From NCBI GenBank assembly GCA_963796685.1, contig CAWCMR010000008.1, positions 576,001 through 640,000 of the forward strand: a stretch of DNA of 64,000 bases, given 5' to 3'. Shown here in pieces: positions 28,921-42,389 of the stretch. The DNA comes from an uncultured delta proteobacterium. Lineage in GTDB: Bacteria > Myxococcota_A > Polyangia > Fen-1088. The notes under the pieces are model-generated. The model saw only the letters and a list, made by a program, of their open reading frames with translations, had not been told where the DNA came from and searched no databases. Position 1 is the first letter of the stretch, and every line of letters begins with the position of its first letter. The position numbers and the translations under genes were made by a program.

Positions 28921-29170
28921 AAGCAAAACGGTGTCCACGCGCAAGGCTCATTCTCCTTGCGCGCGGGTCGGCCTTTGACAAGCTAAGCCCGTTCCAGGAA
29001 GGAGGCCGCATTGGAGGGTTCGACGTGTTCGCTCAGAAGCGGAGAGGTCCGGGCGTATCGCCCCGGGTTTCCCTGCCTCGCTCCGTCGCCTGCGGACGTT
29101 GGCCGGCCGCTGCAGGAGACGGCAGGGGCTTCCTCCCTGTTCACGTCCGTGCCGGCATATGGAGAAGAGC

Positions 29171-29590
29171 ATGACAAGGCCTATCACGAGGAAGTTGCAG
29201 TGGGTCCTGGGTTGTTTCCTGGGCACCGCCCTGGTCGGGTGCGCCCACTATGAACGGCGCACGGTCGCCATAGAGGAGACATTGGCAGCCGCAGGCTTTC
29301 AGAGGAAGCCTGCGGATACACCGGAAAAGCTGAAGCACGTCCTGGGCTTCCCTCAGCGCAAGGTCATCGTCGTCGAACGGCAAGGTCAGACGAAGTACGT
29401 CTGGGCCGACGCGAAGGATTGCAAGTGCCTCTACGTTGGCACCGAATCGCAGTATCAAGAATTCGCACGGCTGGCCTTGCAGCAGAAGATTGCCCATGAA
29501 AACTACGAAGCGGCGAAGTGGAACGACTCGGCTGCCTACGAATGGGGAACCTGGCAGCCGGACTGGGGTCCTGCATGGTGGTGGTGGTAA
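29171..29590 (+). CDS. Hypothetical lipoprotein
   Basis: GGAGAAGAG RBS, lipobox LVGC, LAAAGF...YVWAD..DCKCLYVG, Trp-rich tail. Confidence 0.75.
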   Translation: MTRPITRKLQWVLGCFLGTALVGCAHYERRTVAIEETLAAAGFQRKPADTPEKLKHVLGFPQRKVIVVERQGQTKYVWADAKDCKCLYVGTESQYQEFARLALQQKIAHENYEAAKWNDSAAYEWGTWQPDWGPAWWWW

Positions 29591-29632
29591 GGCCGGGTGT
29601 GGTTCAAAGGACACCCGTCTCTACATCTCAAC

Positions 29633-30073
29633 CAGAACGTGATTCTCCTGGGGACGTCCAACTGGGATCAGGATGTGGACGTGGCCGCCGCCGATCCCAT
29701 GGCGGGCGACACCAACATCATGTACACCCTGCACTTCTACGCCTGCGACCACAACTCGGCCGGCGGGCAGTTGCAGAAGGCGGAGATGGCGCTGGCCATG
29801 GGCTTGCCCATCTTCGTGAGTGAGTGGGGCGCCACCACGGCCGACGGCGGCGCCGGGGGAACTCCGGTTTGCACCGGCTACGCCGACGAGTGGCACAGTT
29901 GGATGGATAGCAACAACATCAGCTGGGCGGCCTGGAAGCTGGACGACTGTGACGGCCTGACGGTCGCCGATACCAGCTGTATCCTCAAGCTCGACGCACC
30001 CGTGACCGGTGGCTGGACCAGCGACTACCTGAACGGGCATGGGCCGTACGTGGTCGGCAAGCTGACCAAGTAG
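29633..30073 (+). pseudogene. C-terminal half of a GH5 (cellulase-type) glycoside hydrolase
   Basis: NVILLGTSNWDQDVD, IMYTLHFYA, LPIFVSEWG, ISWAAW. Lacks the N-terminal half with the NEP acid/base motif. Confidence 0.8.
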
Positions 30074-30283
30074 AGGGCGCGGCGCTGACGGCGACATCGA
30101 CCACGCCGTCGATGTCCTTTTGGGGGCGAGGTGAGCGACGAGCGAGGCAGCCTGCCGGAGGTGGTTCTCGTGGCCCAAGCGAAACCTCGGTTTGACTCGC
30201 GTGCGAAATGCCCCGACAATCATGCGGATGGGCCGGTGCGCGGTGGCCCACGGAACCCAACCTTGCGGCACGAGGAGATCATC

Positions 30284-30991
30284 ATGAAGCGAACCACACT
30301 CGTTCTTGCGGCCTTAGCGACGGTTCTGGTCGGAGCCTGCAAGGACGAAACCCCACCGGCCAAGACTCCGCCCGCACTGGCGCCCACGCCGGCACCCCGG
30401 CCACCGGTCAAGGCGGTCGTGGATGGTGGCCAGGGCGGGGACGCCCACCTGGGCATGATGGAAAAGTACGCGATTTGGAAAGCCAAGAAGGAGGCCGATG
30501 AGAAGCTGGCCACCCAGCTCGCCTCCGAGGAAGAGGCGCGTCTCATCAAGTTCGACAAGAGCAAGCTGCCCAAGCACCTGGCCCTGGTCGCCTTCGAGCA
30601 GAAGACGCGCCAAACGCTCGACCAAGCTGCCGAGAAGCTGAACGGTCAATTGGATGCTCCCGACCAGCTCAAGAAGCTGGCGGCTTCCCAGCGCAAGGCC
30701 ATCGAAGCCCAAGCTGCAAGCCTGCGTGCCATGGATCCCAAGGGAGGCAGCTCGGCCATCGGCACCGACCACGACGTGATTCTGAACCTGCTGGCCAATG
30801 ACTATCCCGAAGCCATCGTCGAGTTCTTCGGCGGCAAGACCAAACCCCTGGCCGAGGTCCGCGCCGAGTTGGACAGGCGTCAGAAGAAGATCGACACCTG
30901 GTTGGAAGAGGTGAAGAACAGCGGGAAGGAAGGTGGCAGCGGCAAGGAAATCAAGGGCAACGAGCCCAAAAAGGACAGCGGTAAGAAATAG
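30284..30991 (+). CDS. Hypothetical helical lipoprotein
   Basis: GAGGAG RBS, lipobox VGAC, Lys/Glu-rich helices. Confidence 0.75.
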   Translation: MKRTTLVLAALATVLVGACKDETPPAKTPPALAPTPAPRPPVKAVVDGGQGGDAHLGMMEKYAIWKAKKEADEKLATQLASEEEARLIKFDKSKLPKHLALVAFEQKTRQTLDQAAEKLNGQLDAPDQLKKLAASQRKAIEAQAASLRAMDPKGGSSAIGTDHDVILNLLANDYPEAIVEFFGGKTKPLAEVRAELDRRQKKIDTWLEEVKNSGKEGGSGKEIKGNEPKKDSGKK

Positions 30992-31090
30992 CGGGCGATC
31001 GGCACACCCTGTCCTGGCCGGCCGAGCACCTTTGGCCGTGGCGCAAGGCAGCCGTGCGCTGGTTGTAGATGTAGATCGAGGCCGCCGGTT

Positions 31091-32125
31091 TCACCGCGTG
31101 GCATCCGCCGCGTCTTCGAGGACGACCTCCGAGGCGGACTTGTCTTCGCGCAGGCCGAGAAAGATGGAATGGCGGAGCAGCCCGTCCTGGGTGAGTCCCG
31201 AGAACGAGACCTCGGCCACGAGCTCGGGCCTGACCCAGTGGACGGCGCGCGCCTCGGCACCGGTCGGCGCCTGCGCCAGGGCAGGCTGCCGATCGACCAG
31301 GCGAGTAAGCTTGCGGTGGAGCTGGCGCAGGGAATCCTCGCTGAATCCGGTGCCGACACGTCCCCGGTAGACGAGCCTGCCCCCCGTGTGGGTGGCCAGC
31401 AGCAGCGCCCCGACAAGCGTCCGCGAGCCTTTCGGATCGGTGAACCCCACCACGACGAGCTCTTGGCGCTGGCTGCACTTCATCTTCAACCAACTGCGGC
31501 TGCGCCCCGAGCGATAGGGCGCGTCCAGTTGTTTGGAAACGATCCCTTCCAGACCCATGCGAGCCGCCTGCGCAAGAAAGGCCGGCCCATGACCGATCAC
31601 GTGGTCGCTCAGGCGAAGGGTGGTGGCGCTGGGCGGTGGAACGTGAGCGAGCAGCTCAGCCAACAACGCCTTTCGTCGGACGAGCCCGACGCCGCGCAGA
31701 TCGACGCCGTTGAGGTAGAGCAAGTCGAAGGCAAAATAGACGAGGCGAGCGTCGCGCGCGCCGCCAAGCGCGGCCTGCAGGCGCTGAAAATCGCTCACCC
31801 CACGCTCGTCGAGGACGACCAGCTCGCCGTCGAGCAGGGCGGTCTTGACCGGGATGGTCTGCACCGCCTTCGCCAAGGCAGGCATGCGCTTCGTCCAGTC
31901 ATTCCCGCGACGAGAAAGCAGCGTCGCCCTGCCCTGCTCGACGCTGGCCAGGATGCGGTAACCGTCGAGCTTGATCTCGTGCAGCCAGTCTCGTCCGGCC
32001 GGGGGCGTAGCCGCGAGCGAAGGCAACTCGGGCTCGACCCTCCTCGGCAAGGGCGCCACCGTCGCGCCGGCAATGTTCGCGACGGGCTGGCCGTCCGTGC
32101 GACTCTTGGAGGGCGCGCGAGCCAT
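31091..32125 (-). CDS. ligD: ATP-dependent DNA ligase (LigD ligase + OB domain), stand-alone
   Basis: HEIKLDGYR, LDGEL, FAFDLL, LEGIVSK, WLKMKC, GRVGTGF, LLRHSIFLGLREDK. Confidence 0.93.
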   Translation of the reverse strand: MARAPSKSRTDGQPVANIAGATVAPLPRRVEPELPSLAATPPAGRDWLHEIKLDGYRILASVEQGRATLLSRRGNDWTKRMPALAKAVQTIPVKTALLDGELVVLDERGVSDFQRLQAALGGARDARLVYFAFDLLYLNGVDLRGVGLVRRKALLAELLAHVPPPSATTLRLSDHVIGHGPAFLAQAARMGLEGIVSKQLDAPYRSGRSRSWLKMKCSQRQELVVVGFTDPKGSRTLVGALLLATHTGGRLVYRGRVGTGFSEDSLRQLHRKLTRLVDRQPALAQAPTGAEARAVHWVRPELVAEVSFSGLTQDGLLRHSIFLGLREDKSASEVVLEDAADATR

Positions 32126-32135
32126 GGTCGACGTC

Positions 32136-34306
32136 TCACCCGCCCCCGCGCTCGAGAGCGGCGCGCGCGGCCTTGATCTTGGCCGCGGTCAGCTTCTGGC
32201 GGACTTTTCCGTAGCTCGCCCACGCATCCGGCTCCAGATACCAGCGGTCCACATCGCCGACATGAAATGCGTCGTTGCGGGTTGCGAATCCCAGGTCATC
32301 CCATGCCACCGGCACCGAGACCGTCGCGGCCGGATGCGCGCGCGACGAATAGGCGCTGACCGAGGTCGCGCCCCGGCGATTGCGAAGGTAGTCGACGAAG
32401 ATCTTGTCGGTGCGCGTGGCCTTGGCCAAGCCCGCGGAAAAGCGCGCAGGCTCGTAGCGCGCCAGCGCCTGGGCCATGACCCGCGAAAACTCGAGCGTGT
32501 CCTCCCAGGTCGCGGCAGGGGTCAGGGGAACGACCACGTGCAAACCCTTGCCGCCGGTGGTCTTGACGAAGCTCGAAAGCTCGAGCGTTTCGAGCACGTC
32601 GCGCACGCGTTTGGCGCCGTCGACGATGTCCGACCACGGAACCTCCGGTCCGGGATCCAGATCGAAGACGATCCGGTCGGGCCGCTCGAGGTCGCGGGTG
32701 CGGGAGCTCCAGGGTGGATCTCGAGGACGTTCATCTGCGCCAGGGCGACGAGGCCGCGCAGATCGTCGACGATCATGGCGGTGCCTGCGCCGGTGCCGCC
32801 CACGACCTCGAATTGCCTGAGCTCGGGCGGCGCCCAATCGCCCGCGTGACGGACGAAGAAGCGATGGCCGCCCATGCCATTCGGGGCGCGCACAAGGGTC
32901 AAGGGTCGATCCACGAGGTGGGGCAGCATGCGCTCCCCGATGCGCTCGTAGAAGCGCGCGAGGTCGAGCTTGGTGATGCCGCCGTCGGGATAGAGCACCC
33001 GCCCGGGGTGGGTCAACTTCACGCCTGCGACACGCAAAGGGTTGACCACGGAGCCCGCGCGCCCACGCTCCACGCGCGCGATAGCCGTTGCGGCGGGCGC
33101 CGAGCGCTTGCTTCCGGGGGCCGGCGGGCAGCGAACGATTCGCCAGGCCGATGCAGGCGGGGGATAGCGGCTGTCGACCTTCTTCGAGACGATCCCCGTC
33201 GCGCCGAGGGAGCCGGCCTGGGCGAAGATCTCGGGTCCCCGACCGCGGACGTGGTCCGCCAGGCGAAGCGCGGGCCCGGCATGAGAAACCAGGGAAGCCA
33301 AGCGCGCTTTGCGTTCGCCAAGGGGGACCCGGGACAGATCGTATCCATCGAGGTATGGCAGATCGATGGCGTACAGCGTGTCGGCCGGGGCATCCGCGCG
33401 CGCATGCCCGTCCGGCCCCAACGCCGTGGCGATGCCGTCTATGCAAGCCTGGCTCACCGGTATTGACCGAATCGCGCCCACCACGCCCGCCAGCGCGGCC
33501 GTGCGATCGCTTCCGTCGGGGCCGAGCAGTTGAATGCGTCCCCCGTCCACGCGGGCCACGACGCGTTCACCCACGATCTCGATCTCGTGCAGCCAGCCGT
33601 CCCCCGCGGGCACCGTGCGCGCGAGCCTGGGTCGAGTCAGACGGAGCCGTTCCGGCATGGGCGCCGCACGGGCACCGGCCAGGGTGCCGGCGTCGCTGCG
33701 CCCGCGATTCGAATGCCAGACCCGGTCAGAGGCCGCCGCGATGGCGTCCAGATCGCGCCCCGTCACCACGCTCTCGGGGCGAGCCACGGTCACGCTCCAT
33801 TCGGCCTCGGGGCGCGCGTGCTCGTCGCGATCCTTGACCAGGAGCCAACTCCGACCCGCGCTGTCGCCCGCCCGCCCGCGTCCTTTCATCTTGACCAGGG
33901 CCCAGCGTCCGCGCAGCTTCTCGCCCAGAAGCTCGAACTTGAGGTGGCCGCTGGCCAGGCCCGCCGCCGGATCGAAGAGCGGTTTCCATGTCCCCTTGTC
34001 CCACAACAGCACCGTGCCACCGCCGTATTGACCGGCGGGGATGACGCCCTCGAATCCGCCGTAGTCGATGGGATGGTCCTCCACCGCGACCGCCAACCGC
34101 TTGGCCGCGGGATCGAAGCTCGGCCCCTTGGGGATGGACCAGCTCTTGAGAACGCCGTCGAGCTCGAGGCGGAAATCGTAGTGCAATTGGCGCGCGGCGT
34201 GCTTTTGCACCACGAAGCTCCGGCCCGTCGGCGTCGCGCCCACGCGGGCCGGGGGCTCGGCCGTGACCGTGAAGTCGCGCTTGCGCTTGTACTCGTCGAG
34301 GGCCAT
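32136..34306 (-). CDS. ligD: LigD phosphoesterase + degenerate ligase + polymerase fusion (one-base frameshift near 32713)
   Basis: PE: EYKRKRDF, FVVQKHAARQLHYDFRLE. Pol: LTHPGRVLYP, PDRIVFDLDP, KTTGGKGLHV, IFVDYLRN. Confidence 0.9.
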
Positions 34307-34370
34307 CGATTCAGCAACCGCTCCTGCTCGCGACGTGAAAACACGCGGCTTTCGTGTCAGAAACAATCCC

Positions 34371-35078
34371 GTGAAGACCTGGATCGGAACCAGCGGCTTC
34401 AGCTACCCCGCCTGGCGGGGCAGCTTCTACCCGGCGAAGATGGCGTCGGCGAAGATGCTGGCGTATTACGCCGAGCGGTTGACCACGGTCGAGATCAACA
34501 ACACGTTCTATCGCATGCCCAAGGCCGAGATGCTGGCCGCGTGGGCCGCGACCACGCCGGCCGCGTTCCGCTTCGCGCCCAAGGCACCGCAGCTCATCAC
34601 GCACCGGCAGAAACTGGCGGGGTCCGCCGACTCCGTCGCCTACTTCTTGAAGGCGCTCGCGTCGTTCGGCGAGAAGCTGGGGCCCATCCTCTTTCAGCTG
34701 CCGCCCTTCCTGCGCAAGGATGTCCCGCGCCTGGTGGATTTCCTCGCGCTCTTGCCCCGCGAGACCCGCGCCGCCTTCGAGTTTCGCCACACCTCTTGGT
34801 TCGACGAGGCCGTCTACGAGGCCCTGCGCGCGCACGGCGCGGCCATGTGCGTGGCCGACGCCGAGGATCTGGCCACGCCGCTGGTTTCCACCGCGTCCTG
34901 GGGCTACTTGCGCCTGCGCCGCACCGACTACGACGACGCCGCGCTTGCCGCGTGGGCCAAGAAGCTCGCGGGGCTGGGGGCCGCCTGGTCCGACGCGTTC
35001 GTCTACTTCAAGCACGAGGACGCGGGCCTCGGCCCCAAGCTCGCCGCGCTGTTCGTGGAAAAACTTGCCCAAGGCTGA
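34371..35078 (+). CDS. DUF72 domain-containing protein
   Basis: IGTSGFSY..W.G.FYP, VEINNTFY, LFQLPP, FEFRH.SW. Confidence 0.93.
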   Translation: MKTWIGTSGFSYPAWRGSFYPAKMASAKMLAYYAERLTTVEINNTFYRMPKAEMLAAWAATTPAAFRFAPKAPQLITHRQKLAGSADSVAYFLKALASFGEKLGPILFQLPPFLRKDVPRLVDFLALLPRETRAAFEFRHTSWFDEAVYEALRAHGAAMCVADAEDLATPLVSTASWGYLRLRRTDYDDAALAAWAKKLAGLGAAWSDAFVYFKHEDAGLGPKLAALFVEKLAQG

Positions 35079-35204
35079 TTGGATGTCGCCCGAGCGTTGA
35101 CGTCACGAGTTGCGAAGGCCGCCTAACACAGCGCGCCTCTGCCATAGAGGACCAAAACCGTCTTTTTTTGGCATTGGCGGCCTTTCGGGATCAGAATTTG
35201 CTGC

Positions 35205-36161
35205 ATGGCGCGCGCAATCTCGACCGGGACGATTTCCTTCGGGCTGGTGTCGATTCCAGTCAAGCTCTACTCGGCCACCCAATCCTCGGCAGGGGTTTCC
35301 TTCAACCTGCTGCATGGCAAGTGCGGCTCGCGGCTCAAGCAGCAGTACGTTTGCCCCGTGGACAACGAGGTCGTCTCGCGCGACGAGATGGTCAAGGGCT
35401 ACGAGTTCGCGAAGGATCAGTACGTCACCTTCACCCCCGAGGAGCTGAAGGCACTGGAAGAGAAGGCGACGCAGTCCATCGAGATTGCCCAATTCGTCCC
35501 GCGCGAAAGCGTCGATCCCCTGTACTACGAAAAAGCCTACTACCTAGGTCCCGAGAAGGGCGGGGAAAAGGCGTACCGCCTGCTCGGCACGGTGATGCGC
35601 GATGCGAACCGCGCCGCCGTGGCCCGCTATGCGGCGCGGGGCAAGCAGTACATCGTCATGCTTCGTGTCTCGGACAACGCCCAGGGCGGGATCGGCATCA
35701 TCATGCAGACGTTGTTGTACGCCGATGAGGTTCGCCCCTTCTCCGAGGTTCCCATTCCCGATGCCGAGGTGAAGGAATCCGAGGTCAAGCTCGCCAAGCA
35801 GCTCGTCGATCAGATCGGCTCGGAGACGTTCAACCCCGCGGACTACGAGGACGATGTCCGCAAACGGATCCAGGCCGACATCGAGCGCAAGGTCGCGGGC
35901 AAGGAGATTGCCACGGCGCCGACCGCGCCCGAGACCGGACGGGTGATCGATTTGATGGAGGCCTTGAAGGCGAGCCTGGGCGAAGGCCGCCCGGCCGCCA
36001 AGACGCCAAGTGATGTGGCGGCCGCGCCCATTGCCAGCCTGGCGAAGGCAGCGGAGGCGGAGGGCGTTCTCGAGCGCAAGCCCGCCCGGCGCGCCAATGC
36101 GACGGAGGATGCCGTGTCGGGTACCAAGGCCGAGGCACGGAAGCGGGCGAGCAAACGGTGA
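35205..36161 (+). CDS. ku: Non-homologous end-joining protein Ku
   Basis: GTISFGLVSIPVKLY, VKGYEF, YYLGP, VIDLMEALKASL. Confidence 0.96.
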   Translation: MARAISTGTISFGLVSIPVKLYSATQSSAGVSFNLLHGKCGSRLKQQYVCPVDNEVVSRDEMVKGYEFAKDQYVTFTPEELKALEEKATQSIEIAQFVPRESVDPLYYEKAYYLGPEKGGEKAYRLLGTVMRDANRAAVARYAARGKQYIVMLRVSDNAQGGIGIIMQTLLYADEVRPFSEVPIPDAEVKESEVKLAKQLVDQIGSETFNPADYEDDVRKRIQADIERKVAGKEIATAPTAPETGRVIDLMEALKASLGEGRPAAKTPSDVAAAPIASLAKAAEAEGVLERKPARRANATEDAVSGTKAEARKRASKR

Positions 36162-36197
36162 TCTACCTTTGGCCCCTCACCTTGATCTTTCGGTGCT

Positions 36198-38354
<2,157 letters not shown>

Positions 38355-38527
38355 GGCGACGTCCGGCTTCCGAGTGTACCCCGACCTTAGCCGCGCCGCC
38401 GAGAGGAAGCGCCGCCCAGCGGCCACGACCGCGACACGACCTTCTGCGGCTATGGCGGGATGGTGGCCGGATTTCCGCCGGATTTCCGCCGTGGCGCTGC
38501 AGGGTCTCTGTTGGGTATCATGTCCGG

Positions 38528-39595
38528 ATGAAGATCCGCGGCTTCTCTCGACGGCAGAACGATCCCCTGCGGAACCTTTGCGCGCTTGCGGTCGGCCTTC
38601 TCGCCTCGCTTGCGTTCGCGACGGTCGTGCAGGCCACCACCGTCGAATACCTCTCGCAGCATCCGGTGCCGCACAAGTACGGGGGCGGCTTCTGCTACAT
38701 CGAGGTTCCCCACGTGCACAACTATCCGCCCGACGATCCGCGCATGTACCGACAGAGCAACGGCCAGCTCTACTTCGTCGGGGATCCGGCCCCCTTCGGC
38801 TACGATGGCCCACGCTACACGTACTACGGTGCCCATCCCGTGGTCGATGCCGAGGTTCGATTCGGTCAGCCGGTCTATTGCTACATCAAGGGTCCCCACT
38901 ACCACTGGTACCAACCGCCGCCGCAAGCCCAGTTCCAACTCTCGGGGGGGGCCTTCTGGTACGTCGGCAGCTTTCCGCCCGCCTACTACGACGACCGGCC
39001 CCGCTACGCGGCGATCAACGAGGCCTACGCCCCCATGCCTTACGCACGCCCCGTGGTCGACGTTCAGGTCGCGCCCCCATCGGTGCGCGCGGAGATCTCC
39101 ATCGGTGGCCCGGGCTGGCGAGCCAGGGCCGTGATGGGTGGACCGCCCGCGCCGGTCTATGTGGCGCCGCCTCCCCCGCCCCCACCCGGCCCCGCCTTCC
39201 AGATCGGCGTGGGCATCAACCTGGGTGGGCCAACCATGGTCGGCGGACCCATGATCGAACCCCGCGAGATCGTCGAGGACCGGCGCTACCACGACCACGG
39301 ACGGCACGAGGGCTGGCGAGAGCCGCCGCGTTTCCGCGGGCACGGTCGCCCGGCGCCGGCCCGCTATGCCCCGGTCCGCGCCCCGGTCACCGCGCCCCTG
39401 TTCCACCGCGCAGAGCCGCGGCGGCCTGGTCCAAGCCCTCGCTTTGCACCGGCACCCGCGCCAATGCGCGGCCCAGCCCCGAATCAACCCATGCGCGGCC
39501 CCTCCGCGACCCAGCCAGGCCACGCCATGGGACCGCCCACGCGCGGTCCAGCACCGTCGGCACCGGCCAAACGCGACGACCACCGGCATCGCTGA
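38528..39595 (+). CDS. Secreted Tyr/His-rich protein with Pro-rich tail
   Basis: Signal peptide, two HP...CYIxxPHxH repeats, Pro/Arg-rich C-terminus. Confidence 0.7.
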   Translation: MKIRGFSRRQNDPLRNLCALAVGLLASLAFATVVQATTVEYLSQHPVPHKYGGGFCYIEVPHVHNYPPDDPRMYRQSNGQLYFVGDPAPFGYDGPRYTYYGAHPVVDAEVRFGQPVYCYIKGPHYHWYQPPPQAQFQLSGGAFWYVGSFPPAYYDDRPRYAAINEAYAPMPYARPVVDVQVAPPSVRAEISIGGPGWRARAVMGGPPAPVYVAPPPPPPPGPAFQIGVGINLGGPTMVGGPMIEPREIVEDRRYHDHGRHEGWREPPRFRGHGRPAPARYAPVRAPVTAPLFHRAEPRRPGPSPRFAPAPAPMRGPAPNQPMRGPSATQPGHAMGPPTRGPAPSAPAKRDDHRHR

Positions 39596-39610
39596 GGAAA
39601 GGCCAGACCC

Positions 39611-40051
39611 ATGCGACGATCGCAGTCCCTTCTCTCCGTCCTCTTCCTCGTTGCCGCGATTCCCGCGTGCAGCAAGCACAAGGCTTCCGCGTCGGCGCCG
39701 CCGGCTGCCCACGTACAAGGCACGCCACACACCGACGAGGTCCTGAATGCCTGGCGCAACGCCGGCTTGGCCCCCGAGGGCTTCGCGCGCGTCGACCCCG
39801 CGCCGGACAGCGCCGCCTACTGCGAGCACGGCCAGGTCCGCGGCGTCGACACCCTGGTGTGCGAGTACGCCAGCGAGGAAGCGCTGACCCGCGGAACCCA
39901 ACAGGTGAAGGAAGTTTGGGCGCGCGTGGATGCACACACGGGCGCGATCCTGCGCGCGAAACGCACGACCATGGTGGTGGTGGATCGCGAACGCCGCGAG
40001 CCGAGCGGCAAGACCATCAACCAGATGGCCAAGGTCTTCGAGAAACTCTAG
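39611..40051 (+). CDS. Hypothetical lipoprotein
   Basis: GAGGAAAGG RBS, lipobox IPAC. Confidence 0.7.
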   Translation: MRRSQSLLSVLFLVAAIPACSKHKASASAPPAAHVQGTPHTDEVLNAWRNAGLAPEGFARVDPAPDSAAYCEHGQVRGVDTLVCEYASEEALTRGTQQVKEVWARVDAHTGAILRAKRTTMVVVDRERREPSGKTINQMAKVFEKL

Positions 40052-40064
40052 CGGCGAACAATCC

Positions 40065-40754
40065 ATGGATCATTTCGTTCTCGCACTCGCCGCCCTGCTG
40101 GCGGCGAACCATGAAAATGTCACCGCCGAGCCGCGTATCGAAGTGTGGGCCGGCCATCAGGTCCTCACCGGAAAGCGCAAGATCCCGCTTTACGGCGAGA
40201 AGGAGACCCACACCGAGAACTACGTCATCGCGGAGGTGATTCGAACGCCGTCGCGCATCGACATCCGGCAGAAGCTGTGCCGCATCGACGTTCGCCCCAT
40301 CAAGGGCGTGCTGGCGAGCATGAAGCCGGAGACTGTAGCCCACATGCCGAGCACGCGCATCACGTTCGATGAGAGCCCGGACGGGGCGCTGGCCGCCACG
40401 CCGTGGTCCAGCGGCTGGGGCGCCGAGGATATCGACCTCGATGGCAAGCCCGGCGCCACGGTCCAAATTTCCGGTACGAGCTGCTCGGGCGACGTCTACG
40501 TCTCCAACCAGTCCGTGACGACCTTGCTTTCCGGCCACGCCACCGACGATGGCGCCGCGGGCGAAATCGCCGTGAAGCTCAAGCAGAAGATTCTCGGCGC
40601 CAGTGGGCTGTGCCTGAAGCTCCTCGCCGGCGACAGCGACGAAACCCAAACCGGCTGGTTCGCCTACCGCCGCGTCGAGCCTGGCACGACCTGCCATTCC
40701 CTGGCCGGCAAGCCCTGGCCGGCAAAGGCGGGACCACCATCAGCTTCCCACTGA
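40065..40754 (+). CDS. Hypothetical secreted protein
   Basis: Hydrophobic N-terminus, DIDLDGKPGAT motif, co-oriented with the upstream genes. Confidence 0.65.
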   Translation: MDHFVLALAALLAANHENVTAEPRIEVWAGHQVLTGKRKIPLYGEKETHTENYVIAEVIRTPSRIDIRQKLCRIDVRPIKGVLASMKPETVAHMPSTRITFDESPDGALAATPWSSGWGAEDIDLDGKPGATVQISGTSCSGDVYVSNQSVTTLLSGHATDDGAAGEIAVKLKQKILGASGLCLKLLAGDSDETQTGWFAYRRVEPGTTCHSLAGKPWPAKAGPPSASH

Positions 40755-40766
40755 CCCGGATCTTTC

Positions 40767-40860
40767 ACCACAGAGAGCGCGGAGAAACAGAGGCCGGAAA
40801 GAAGGGGTTTCGAACCCATTCTTCTTCTTCCGACCTCTGTGCTCTCTGCGCCTCTGTGGT
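40767..40860. repeat. Long palindromic REP/MITE-like element between convergent genes
   Basis: ACCACAGAGAGCGCGGAGAAACAGAGG ... CCTCTGTGCTCTCTGCGCCTCTGTGGT imperfect IR enclosing an inner hairpin GGGTT-TCG-AACCC. Confidence 0.7.
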
Positions 40861-40879
40861 TAGCTCCGTTCGGCCTAGG

Positions 40880-42188
<1,309 letters not shown>

Positions 42189-42389
42189 CTAGCCTGGCCG
42201 CGGGGAAGCGGCCAGGAGAGGTCGCAGAGAAAGAAAGAGGGCGCGGAGCGTGATGGATTGTAACCGGCTCGTTGCCAAGGACGGGTCGTCTGGCGATGCG
42301 CGGCATGCGGGCCGGGACTATTCACCTTTCTTGGTCGTGAATACCTTGACGATGGTGTAGACAGCTACCGTCTCAAAGGAGGTTCGCGA

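Noticed and set aside
29065-29135. GC-rich nested hairpins upstream of the lipoprotein at 29171
   Set aside because: No recognisable riboswitch consensus. Such pairing is expected at this GC content.
40803-40820. GGTTTCGAACCC resembling a tRNA T-arm
   Set aside because: No cloverleaf or acceptor stem. It is the apex of the palindromic element.
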